DNA of 32,000 bases. It comes from Gammaproteobacteria bacterium. GTDB taxonomy: Bacteria; Pseudomonadota; Gammaproteobacteria; JBIOEC01. Shown in pieces: positions 9,533 to 17,599 of the stretch. A program made the translations under genes and the position numbers. The stretch spans positions 780,001-812,000 of the forward strand of contig OZ257143.1 in the NCBI GenBank assembly GCA_965279305.1. The letters are read 5' to 3'. Every line of letters starts with the position of its first letter. Within the stretch, counting starts at the first letter, position 1. The notes below the pieces were generated by a model, which saw nothing but the letters and a program-made list of their open reading frames with translations, was not told the origin of the DNA and did not search any database.

Positions 9533-10114
9533 ATGAAAGATAAACATGAGTTACCGGAAGCACCGGAGTCTAAAGAATCAATGGAAGCACATGCTAAGTT
9601 AGGCGAAGATTTGTCTGATATGGAAAAAGCGGTGGTAGAGCTACAAAGCGAGCTAGAAGTGGCGCAGAAAAAGATGGAAGAAAGCCATAATACAGCCCTA
9701 CGATTTCGTGCCGATTTAGAAAATCTACGCAGACAGGCAGAGCGAGATGTATCTAATGCCCATAAATATTCCATAGAGAAATTTGCGGGTGCTTTGCTAC
9801 CTATTCTAGATAGCTTAGAGCAAGGTATTGCCACTATCGAAAAAGACCAATCGTTGAACGCTGATGATGGAAAATACCATTCTTTATGCGAAGGGATGAA
9901 AATGACTTTTAAGCTTTTCACCGACATGTTGCATAAATTTCAGATAGAAATCATTGATCCTAAGGGCGAAGATTTTGACCCTCATTGGCATGAGGCTATC
10001 AGCGCTCAGCCTAGCGAAGATGCTAAATCAGGCACCGTATTGGCCGTGGTGCAAAAAGGATATCGTATTCATGAGCGTTTATTGCGTCCTGCCCGTGTGG
10101 TAGTGGCTAAATAG
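9533..10114 (+). CDS. grpE: Nucleotide exchange factor GrpE
   Basis: It has a coiled-coil N-terminal half, RFRADLENLRRQAERD, and the C-terminal GYRIHERLLRPARVVVA. AAGAGGA serves as SD. Confidence 0.92.
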   Translation: MKDKHELPEAPESKESMEAHAKLGEDLSDMEKAVVELQSELEVAQKKMEESHNTALRFRADLENLRRQAERDVSNAHKYSIEKFAGALLPILDSLEQGIATIEKDQSLNADDGKYHSLCEGMKMTFKLFTDMLHKFQIEIIDPKGEDFDPHWHEAISAQPSEDAKSGTVLAVVQKGYRIHERLLRPARVVVAK

Positions 10115-10116
10115 GC

Positions 10117-10145
10117 CTTGAAATATAAAGGCGGTGCCCCCAGAT
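10117..10145 (+). promoter_or_regulatory. Candidate sigma32 heat-shock promoter for dnaK
   Basis: CTTGAAA (10117-10123), then 13 nt, then CCCCCAGAT (10137-10145). It lies 52 nt upstream of the dnaK ATG. Confidence 0.65.
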
Positions 10146-10197
10146 TATGAGGGTACCTTAAAAAGTACACATATTTTAAAAAAACTGGAGAAAAAAC

Positions 10198-12174
10198 ATG
10201 GCGAGCAGCACAGTAATCGGGATCGACTTAGGAACCACCAATTCATGCGTGGCTATTTTCCAGAATGGCCAAGTGCGAGTGATTGAAAATGCCGAAGGCG
10301 ACCGTACAACCCCTTCAGTAGTCGCTTTTGATAAAGAAGGCAAAACCATCGTAGGCCAGCCTGCTAAACGCCAAGCCGTCACCAATCCTAATACTTTCTC
10401 TGCGGTTAAACGTTTAATTGGACGTAAATACAAAGACGACGTGGTACAACGCGATATTAAAATGGTGCCTTATAAAATTATCGAAGCCGATAACGGAGAT
10501 GCTTGGTTACAAGCGACAGTGGGAAGCGATGTGAAAAAATTTGCGCCTCAACAAATTTCTGCTGATGTATTAAGAAAAATGAAAAAAACCGCAGAAGACT
10601 TTTTAGGTCATCCTGTGACTGAAGCGGTTATTACGGTTCCTGCTTATTTTAATGATTCACAACGTCAAGCCACCAAAGATGCGGGACGCATTGCAGGCTT
10701 AGAAGTAAAACGTATTATCAACGAACCTACTGCTGCTGCATTAGCGTATGGTATGGATAAAAAACCGGGCAACTCTAAAATCGTTGTATACGATTTAGGT
10801 GGCGGTACATTCGACGTATCTGTAATTGAAATTGCAGAAGTAGAAGGCGAACATCAATTTGAAGTATTAGCAACCAATGGTGATACTTTCTTAGGTGGTG
10901 AAGATTTTGATGCCAGAGTGATCGACTTTTTAGTCACCGAGTTCCAAAAAGAATCCGGTATTGATTTGCGTAATGATCCTTTAGCATTACAACGCTTAAA
11001 AGAAGCGGCTGAAAAAGCGAAGATTGAATTATCTTCTTCACAACAAACTGATGTGAACTTGCCTTATATTACGGCAGATGCATCAGGTCCTAAACATTTA
11101 AATATCAAAATTACTCGCGCTAAATTAGAAGGTTTGGTTGAAGATTTAATTCAACGCACTATTGAACCTTGCAAAATCGCGATGAAAGATGCGGGATTAT
11201 CCATGAGTGATATCGATGATATTATTCTCGTGGGTGGACAATCACGTATGCCTAAAGTACAAGAAGTAGTAAAACAATTTTTTGGAAAAGAACCACGTCG
11301 TGACGTTAACCCTGATGAAGCAGTAGCGATTGGTGCTGCTATTCAAGGTGCGGTATTAAGCGGCGGTGTAAAAGATGTATTGTTACTTGACGTTACTCCA
11401 TTGTCTTTAGGTATTGAAACCATGGGCGGTGTGATGACCAAGCTCATTGAAAAAAATACCACCATTCCTACTAAAGCATCACAAGTGTTTTCTACTGCTG
11501 ATGATAATCAAACCGCAGTAACCGTGCATGTATTGCAAGGTGAGCGTGAACGTGCGAGTGGAAATAAATCGTTAGGTCGTTTTGATTTAACCGATATTCC
11601 ACCTTCACCTCGTGGCATGCCACAAATCGAAGTTACATTCGATATCGATGCGAATGGTATATTGCATGTATCTGCTAAAGATAAAGCCACCGGTAAAGAG
11701 CAATCAATCGTCATTAAAGCGTCTAGCGGTTTATCTGAGCAAGAAATTCAGCAAATGGTACAAGATGCCAAAGCGAATGAAGGTGAAGATAAAAAGTTCC
11801 ATGAATTAGTCTCTGCACGTAACCATGCTGATGGTTTAATTCATGCTACCGAAAAATCGCTGAAAGAAGCGGGCGATAAAGTATCTGATGCAGAAAAACA
11901 ACCCGTGTTAGATATCATCGCAGGTTTGAAAGAACTCTTGAAGAGCGAAGATAAAGAAGCGATTGAATCTAAAACTCAAGCGCTAACAGAAGCTATGAAT
12001 AAGATTTCTGAAAAACTTTATGCCGCGGGCGCTGCACCGGGTGGCGAACACACAGATGCTGGCCAGCAAGGTCAATCTTCTGAAAACAAAGCGTCAGACG
12101 AAAAAGTAGTTGATGCTGAATTTGAAGAAGTGAAAGACGACGAAAAGAAACCTGAAGATAAACCTAAAGAGTAA
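10198..12174 (+). CDS. dnaK: Molecular chaperone DnaK (Hsp70)
   Basis: The Hsp70 identity is unambiguous: [33 protein letters not shown], and an acidic C-terminal tail. Confidence 0.98.
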   Translation: MASSTVIGIDLGTTNSCVAIFQNGQVRVIENAEGDRTTPSVVAFDKEGKTIVGQPAKRQAVTNPNTFSAVKRLIGRKYKDDVVQRDIKMVPYKIIEADNGDAWLQATVGSDVKKFAPQQISADVLRKMKKTAEDFLGHPVTEAVITVPAYFNDSQRQATKDAGRIAGLEVKRIINEPTAAALAYGMDKKPGNSKIVVYDLGGGTFDVSVIEIAEVEGEHQFEVLATNGDTFLGGEDFDARVIDFLVTEFQKESGIDLRNDPLALQRLKEAAEKAKIELSSSQQTDVNLPYITADASGPKHLNIKITRAKLEGLVEDLIQRTIEPCKIAMKDAGLSMSDIDDIILVGGQSRMPKVQEVVKQFFGKEPRRDVNPDEAVAIGAAIQGAVLSGGVKDVLLLDVTPLSLGIETMGGVMTKLIEKNTTIPTKASQVFSTADDNQTAVTVHVLQGERERASGNKSLGRFDLTDIPPSPRGMPQIEVTFDIDANGILHVSAKDKATGKEQSIVIKASSGLSEQEIQQMVQDAKANEGEDKKFHELVSARNHADGLIHATEKSLKEAGDKVSDAEKQPVLDIIAGLKELLKSEDKEAIESKTQALTEAMNKISEKLYAAGAAPGGEHTDAGQQGQSSENKASDEKVVDAEFEEVKDDEKKPEDKPKE

Positions 12175-12186
12175 CTGTTTCTCTTC

Positions 12187-12250
12187 ACCTCTCCCTGAGG
12201 GAGAGGTCGAGCAGCTCATGCAAAGCATGAGCCGCTCGGGTGAGGGGGAG
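12187..12250. repeat. REP-like double-hairpin element in the dnaK-dnaJ spacer, possibly an attenuator or terminator
   Basis: Hairpin 1 is ACCTCTCCC-TGA-GGGAGAGGT (12187-12207). Hairpin 2 is GAGCaGCTCATGC-AAA-GCATGAGCcGCTC (12209-12237). A third G-rich arm, GGGTGAGGGGGAG (12238-12250), follows. No U-tract follows. Confidence 0.5.
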
Positions 12251-12342
12251 CCATAATCCTATTCCCATTTATCTCGAGCGCTATAAAGGTTATAATAGAC
12301 ACACGCTAAAACAGCGTTGCTGTATTTCCTACCAGGTATTTT

Positions 12343-13482
12343 ATGTCAAAACGTGATTATTACGAAACTCTAGGCGTCTCACGCCAAGCCTCTGCCGAGC
12401 AGCTAAAAGCAGCCTATCGTAAATTGGCTATGAAGCACCATCCTGACCGAAATCCGGGGGATGAAGCTGCCGAAAACAAGTTTAAAGAGCTTAAAGAAGC
12501 CTACGAAACCCTCAGTGATCCCCGTAAACGCCAAGCATATGATCAACATGGCCATGCCGGAGTGGATGCTTCTATGAGAGGCGGACCGGGTGGATATGGA
12601 GCGGCCGGTTTTGATGATATTTTTGATATATTCGGTGATATTTTTGGTGGCAGACGCGCTGGTGGCGGTGCTGAAAGAGCTCCTAGAGGCCAAAGAGGTG
12701 CCGATTTACGCTATAACCTTGAGCTTTCATTAGAAGAAGCCGTAGCCGGTAAAACCGTACAAATTAAAGTGCCTACTTATGTGAGCTGTGAAGTATGCCA
12801 TGGTAGTGGAGCTCGTGCTGGCAGCGCTCCTAAAAATTGCCCTACCTGTAATGGTGTAGGCCAAGTGCGCATGCAACAAGGCTTTTTCACTATTCAGCAA
12901 ACCTGCCCATCATGCCATGGCGAAGGTAAAATTATTTCAGAGCCATGTTCAGGTTGTCATGGACAGGGTAGAATCAAACAAACCAAAACACTTTCTGTTA
13001 AAATTCCTCCAGGCGTTGATGAAGGTGATCGCATACGTTTATCAGGCGAAGGAGAAGCAGGCGTACATGGTGGTGGCACAGGCGATTTGTATGTGCAAAT
13101 TCATGTGCGAGAACATTCTATATTTAAACGCGAAGAAGAAAATTTATATTGCGAAATTCCCATTAGTTTTGTAACGGCCACCTTAGGCGGTGAATTAGAA
13201 GTACCTACTTTAGATGGACGTATTAAATTAAAAATTCCAGCGGAAACGCAAACTGGAAAATTATTTCGCATGAGAGGCAAAGGGGTTCCTTCACCTCGTA
13301 ATTCAACTAAAGGGGATTTGATTTGTCGTGTAGTGATAGAAACACCGGTAAATTTAAATGATCGCCAAAAAGAATTACTGGAACAATTTGAAGAAGATTG
13401 TCAAAATGACAAACGTGATCACAGCCCAAGAGCGAGTTCTTGGTTTAGTGGCGTGAAACGTTTTTTTGAACATTTAGGATAA
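12343..13482 (+). CDS. dnaJ: Co-chaperone DnaJ (Hsp40)
   Basis: It has a J-domain with HPDRNPGD, a G/F-rich linker, and four CxxCxGxG zinc-finger repeats. Confidence 0.97.
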   Translation: MSKRDYYETLGVSRQASAEQLKAAYRKLAMKHHPDRNPGDEAAENKFKELKEAYETLSDPRKRQAYDQHGHAGVDASMRGGPGGYGAAGFDDIFDIFGDIFGGRRAGGGAERAPRGQRGADLRYNLELSLEEAVAGKTVQIKVPTYVSCEVCHGSGARAGSAPKNCPTCNGVGQVRMQQGFFTIQQTCPSCHGEGKIISEPCSGCHGQGRIKQTKTLSVKIPPGVDEGDRIRLSGEGEAGVHGGGTGDLYVQIHVREHSIFKREEENLYCEIPISFVTATLGGELEVPTLDGRIKLKIPAETQTGKLFRMRGKGVPSPRNSTKGDLICRVVIETPVNLNDRQKELLEQFEEDCQNDKRDHSPRASSWFSGVKRFFEHLG

Positions 13483-13500
13483 CCATAAAAGGTAAATTGG

Positions 13501-14610
13501 ATGACAGATACTAAAAACACACCTGCTATTTTAGCTCTAGCAGATGGAACCGTTTTTCATGGCGTTTCTATTGGTGCTCCTGGTTTAACCGTAGGTGAAG
13601 TGGTTTTTAATACTTCCATGACTGGTTATCAAGAAATTTTAAGCGATGCATCATACGCACAACAAATTGTAACATTAACCTATCCGCATATCGGAAACGT
13701 AGGTGTAAATCGACACGATCAAGAAAGTGCCAAAGCCTGGGTAGCTGGTTTAATTATTCGCGATTTATCATTAACGGTAAGCAACTGGCGCTCTGAGCAA
13801 ACCCTTCCTGACTATTTAAATGAAAATAATATTGTAGCGATTTCTGATATTGATACACGCGCATTAACCAAAATTTTGCGTGATAAAGGCGCTCAATCAG
13901 GTTGTATTATGGCAGGCAACGTTAACGAAGCAGAAGCCATTGCAGCTGCTCGAGCATTCCCTGGTTTAAACAATGCGAATTTAGCCGATGTAGTCAGCAC
14001 AACAGAACCTTATGAATGGGAAGAACCTACGTGGCAACATGATAAAATGGATAAGCGTTTTCATGTTGTGGTAATGGATTATGGTGTAAAACAAAATATT
14101 TTACGCTTGTTAGTAGACAGAGGCTGTAAAGTAACCGTGGTTCCTTCTACTTTTTCGGCAGAACAAATTTTAACGCTGAACCCAGATGGGATTGTGATTT
14201 CAAACGGCCCTGGTGATCCAGCCGCCTGCACATTTGCGATTCAAACTATTCAATCTTTATTGAAAACCGATATTCCATTGTATGGTATTTGTTTAGGTCA
14301 TCAGTTATTAGGTTTAGCCGCCGGTGCACAAACATTTAAAATGAAATTTGGTCATCATGGTGCTAACCATCCTGTAAAAGATGAACTCACGGGTCGCGTA
14401 TTTATTACCAGCCAAAATCATGGGTTTTCGGTGGTAGAAGAAAGTTTACCGGCCAATATTAAAGTGACGCATCGTTCTTTGTTTGACAATACCATTCAAG
14501 GATTTAAATTTACCGATAAACCGGTTTTCGCTTTTCAAGGTCACCCTGAAGCTTCTCCTGGCCCCCATGATATCAATAGTTTATTTGATACTTTCGTCGA
14601 TCAACTATAA
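13501..14610 (+). CDS. carA: Carbamoyl-phosphate synthase small (glutaminase) subunit
   Basis: CarA motifs are present: [26 protein letters not shown] (nucleophile Cys), [13 protein letters not shown]. Confidence 0.95.
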   Translation: MTDTKNTPAILALADGTVFHGVSIGAPGLTVGEVVFNTSMTGYQEILSDASYAQQIVTLTYPHIGNVGVNRHDQESAKAWVAGLIIRDLSLTVSNWRSEQTLPDYLNENNIVAISDIDTRALTKILRDKGAQSGCIMAGNVNEAEAIAAARAFPGLNNANLADVVSTTEPYEWEEPTWQHDKMDKRFHVVVMDYGVKQNILRLLVDRGCKVTVVPSTFSAEQILTLNPDGIVISNGPGDPAACTFAIQTIQSLLKTDIPLYGICLGHQLLGLAAGAQTFKMKFGHHGANHPVKDELTGRVFITSQNHGFSVVEESLPANIKVTHRSLFDNTIQGFKFTDKPVFAFQGHPEASPGPHDINSLFDTFVDQL

Positions 14611-14615
14611 ATAAT

Positions 14616-16106
14616 TTAGGAAAGAGTTAAAGGTCTAAGGCGCGGAGCAGGTGGAGCATAAGTCATATCTTTTTCAAGAATTTCTACCACTCGTGCTGCA
14701 GTAGGTCTTTCTGTTCGTTCGTTTTTCCAACATTGTCTTATTGCATCAATAATAGGCTGTAATTCAGCGGTCAATTTTTTTCCGCTTCTTAAATAATCTT
14801 CTCTGTGTTGGATAGAGCAATTAAATAATAATAAATGTTGAGTGCTTCCATCTCCAGGAAGATTTTGTTCTACTACCATCATGGCAAAAGTCATGCCCAT
14901 AGAAAATATATCGGAATCAGTTCCGGGTTTTTGTTTTCTAGCAATTTCAGGTGCACAGAAGTGTATACTACCTCTATTAGTTTTAGCGTTCGCTACTTTA
15001 CCTGCTAAACCAAAATCACCAATAACAATTCTCATATCTTTGGTGACAAAGAGATTATCAGGTTTTAAATCCATATGAATGATACCTGCGTTATGTAAAG
15101 CTGCTACACCTCTTGCCGTATCACTGGCCATTATTCTTTTTTGTTTATCGGTTAAATCATTGTTGTTGAGTACCGTCAACAAGTCTCCATTTTCTATATA
15201 TTCGATGACGATGCCAGGTGCTTTACCATCTGGCTGATCACAATAACCACCCATTAAATAAAGTATATGTGGGCTGTTTGCCGCCATTGCTGTCTGTAAC
15301 ATATTTAATTCATTTAAAAACAAAGCAGCATTTTGATTACCTTTTTTGGTAGTGGTTTTGACGATAACGGGTAAACCACCTCTAAAACGTGCTTTATAAA
15401 TGGATCCAAAATCTGAAACTGTGGGGATCTCGTTATCTATTACAACGTCTAAATGAGAAATGCGTTTACCATCATATCCATCTAACAATGTTGATGGAAC
15501 AGGAGCTATAGATATCATTTGTAATGTAGGTGTTACGGGAGGTGTATATTTTTCAGGGGGAAGCGTACCCTGAGATACCGAACGTTTAAGTGGTTGGCCT
15601 TCATCTTCTAGATCAGCTTCAGGTGTTTCTGGGGGTGTATCAGCAGGCTCTGATAAAGTCGTATCCGATAATGATCTCGTAAGAGGCGCGTACATACGCA
15701 GCACTGGGCTATTGGGTGCTGTTGTGATTGCAATGGGATTATCGTAAAGGTAAGAAGTCTCTTGATCCCTAACTCCAAAAAATGGCAGAGATTGGCTGAA
15801 GATTTCGCGAAGTTTATTAAGAGCTTCAACAAAGTCTTCAACCGACTCATCTGGCAGCTCATATATTCTACGTCTGGCTTCCATCATTAATTTTGCGACC
15901 CCGTCAGGAAGCCTAAAACTTCGATTAAGGCTTCGGTCTTCAGGATAGATAACCGTAAAAGATGTGCCACCTAGAAGCCAAGGTAAAAAGACCTTACTTT
16001 GCCAATATTCAGGGTGGACACCACTGGTGAAATCTAAGTGATTCTCGTTCAGTATCTTTTGCTTATAAACTCTTAAGGTATCTCGTTGAGCTTGGGTCAG
16101 GGGCAT
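14616..16106 (-). CDS. Eukaryotic-like Ser/Thr protein kinase, paralog 1 (divergent, non-RD, long Pro/acidic linker)
   Basis: Hanks motifs appear in order: VIVKTT, HMDLKPDN, IGDFG, FCAPE, DSDIFSMG, CWKNERTERP. The N-terminal ~125 aa is paralogous to the two neighbours (FRLPDGVAKLMMEARRRIYELPDESVEDFVEALNKLR). Confidence 0.85.
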   Translation of the reverse strand: MPLTQAQRDTLRVYKQKILNENHLDFTSGVHPEYWQSKVFLPWLLGGTSFTVIYPEDRSLNRSFRLPDGVAKLMMEARRRIYELPDESVEDFVEALNKLREIFSQSLPFFGVRDQETSYLYDNPIAITTAPNSPVLRMYAPLTRSLSDTTLSEPADTPPETPEADLEDEGQPLKRSVSQGTLPPEKYTPPVTPTLQMISIAPVPSTLLDGYDGKRISHLDVVIDNEIPTVSDFGSIYKARFRGGLPVIVKTTTKKGNQNAALFLNELNMLQTAMAANSPHILYLMGGYCDQPDGKAPGIVIEYIENGDLLTVLNNNDLTDKQKRIMASDTARGVAALHNAGIIHMDLKPDNLFVTKDMRIVIGDFGLAGKVANAKTNRGSIHFCAPEIARKQKPGTDSDIFSMGMTFAMMVVEQNLPGDGSTQHLLLFNCSIQHREDYLRSGKKLTAELQPIIDAIRQCWKNERTERPTAARVVEILEKDMTYAPPAPRLRPLTLS

Positions 16107-16138
16107 AAAAGGCCTGTAAGTATGGTTAATGACTTAAT

Positions 16139-16167
16139 ATTATGAGGGATGGTCAAAAAAAAGTCAA
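16139..16167 (-). promoter_or_regulatory. Sigma70-type promoter of kinase paralog 1
   Basis: In gene orientation it reads TTGACT (16167-16162), then 17 nt starting with a T-run, then CATAAT (16144-16139). It lies about 33 nt upstream of the ATG. Confidence 0.7.
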
Positions 16168-16196
16168 TTAATTAAGTGCTTTAATTGGGTTAGTAT

Positions 16197-17486
16197 TTAG
16201 CTTGGCCATAATGAGGGTGAGGGTGCTGGAGGAGGTGCTTTTGACATATTTTCATCAAATGTTGCGACTATTTGCTCTATGGTCGGTCTATTAGCTCGTT
16301 CTTTATGCCAACCTGACTTGATGACTTCTTTAATAAAAGTAATTGCTGGAGGCCATTCTTTATAGCCTTCTAGATCGCCACCTTTCAGATAATCTTTTTT
16401 ATTTGGCAGGTCGAACAAAGGTACTTCATTATTTCTAGGCTCAGGTAACTTAAGCCCAGTCATTAATACCAAAAATAGCATTACCAGGTTATAAATATCT
16501 GAGTCTTTACCGGCTGGCTTGTTATCTAACACTTCAGGAGCTGTATATGCATAAGTTCCCATAAGCTTATTAGCGTCTTTACTGTCGGTAGTACAAGCCG
16601 CTCCAAAATCCGCTATTTTTACACGTTCTTTACCTGCATCTAATAATAGATTTTCAGGCTTTAAATCTCTATGTAAAATATTGAGTGCGTGCAAACACTG
16701 CACTCCTCTCGCTACGTCATCAGCCCAACGGGCTCTTTTATCAAAGGCAGGAGGATTTGCTCTCAAGAACGAAAGCACACTCCCGCCTTCCATATACCCA
16801 AATACCATAGTAGGGGTTGCTCCTGGTGTTTCCTCCCCAAAAGTTCCGTAAAAAGTCACAATATAACCACTATTAGCCTTGGCGATAGTAGCTAATATAT
16901 TGGATTCTTTTTGAAATATAGATTGATTTATTTTCGGGTTTTTTTTAGTAACGGTTTTTAATGCTACTTGCACACCGCTGGCAGTATGTATGGCTAAAAA
17001 AACTTGGCCGAAAGCTGAGCGGTTTCCTATTTCGTGTTCAACTTTAAAATCTGTAGAAGACAGTCTTTTATCGGGATAATTACTCTCCAAAAAGGTTGAA
17101 AAGTTTAGGGCTACGGCTATTTCTGGAGCAGAAACTGGGGTAGTGGGAGCCTTAATAGGTGTTTGGTAGAGCTTTTCAGTATCCGGATGTCTGATGGCAA
17201 AGCTAGGTACTGAAAGGCTTAATCGAGCACGGATTACTTCAAGAGCGTTGGCAAAATCCGCCACGGATTCATCAGGGAATTCATGCAGTCTTTTTGCTGC
17301 TTCGCGGATAAGTTCTGACACCCCATTAGGTACTTTATATATTTGGTTTTGATCCAGCGTGATCTTAGCTCCGCCACCCATAAACCATCGGCGATCCGCT
17401 CTTTCCTGCCAATATTGTAGATCAGCCCAATCCAGATTAAGGTGAAGCTGGTCTAATAATGCTTTTTTTTGGGCGGCTAAAGTCAT
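16197..17486 (-). CDS. Eukaryotic-like Ser/Thr protein kinase, paralog 2
   Basis: Motifs are VALKTV, HRDLKPENLLL, IADFG, YTAPEV, DSDIYNL and ERANRPT. It has the shared N-terminal domain (YKVPNGVSELIREAAKRLHEFPDESVADFANALEVIR) and the C-terminal tail KAPPPAPSPSLWPS. Confidence 0.88.
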   Translation of the reverse strand: MTLAAQKKALLDQLHLNLDWADLQYWQERADRRWFMGGGAKITLDQNQIYKVPNGVSELIREAAKRLHEFPDESVADFANALEVIRARLSLSVPSFAIRHPDTEKLYQTPIKAPTTPVSAPEIAVALNFSTFLESNYPDKRLSSTDFKVEHEIGNRSAFGQVFLAIHTASGVQVALKTVTKKNPKINQSIFQKESNILATIAKANSGYIVTFYGTFGEETPGATPTMVFGYMEGGSVLSFLRANPPAFDKRARWADDVARGVQCLHALNILHRDLKPENLLLDAGKERVKIADFGAACTTDSKDANKLMGTYAYTAPEVLDNKPAGKDSDIYNLVMLFLVLMTGLKLPEPRNNEVPLFDLPNKKDYLKGGDLEGYKEWPPAITFIKEVIKSGWHKERANRPTIEQIVATFDENMSKAPPPAPSPSLWPS

Positions 17487-17520
17487 AAAAATAAGAAATA
17501 AGTATGAATAATAACTAACT

Positions 17521-17549
17521 ATTATGGGTGATATCTAAAAAAAAGTCAA
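17521..17549 (-). promoter_or_regulatory. Sigma70-type promoter of kinase paralog 2
   Basis: TTGACT (17549-17544), then 17 nt, then CATAAT (17526-17521). The sequence is near-identical to the promoters of paralogs 1 and 3. Confidence 0.7.
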
Positions 17550-17571
17550 ACAAATAGAGGGTAATACCCTC
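17545..17571 (-). terminator. Candidate intrinsic terminator after kinase paralog 3
   Basis: In gene orientation the hairpin is GAGGGT-att-ACCCTC (17571-17557), followed by TATTTGTTTG. It lies 29 nt after the paralog 3 stop and abuts the paralog 2 -35 element. Confidence 0.45.
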
Positions 17572-17599
17572 GATTAGAGTAGTAGTAAGGACTAATTTT

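Noticed and set aside
9517-9927. 136-aa Ser-rich ORF antisense to grpE
   Set aside because: It lies entirely within and antisense to a well-supported gene, and its composition is the mirror of the grpE Glu/Leu/Ala codons.
7806-12342. CIRCE operator (TTAGCACTC-N9-GAGTGCTAA) expected because hrcA is present
   Set aside because: No match was seen by eye in any intergenic region of the hrcA-grpE-dnaK-dnaJ cluster. A formal pattern search is still needed.
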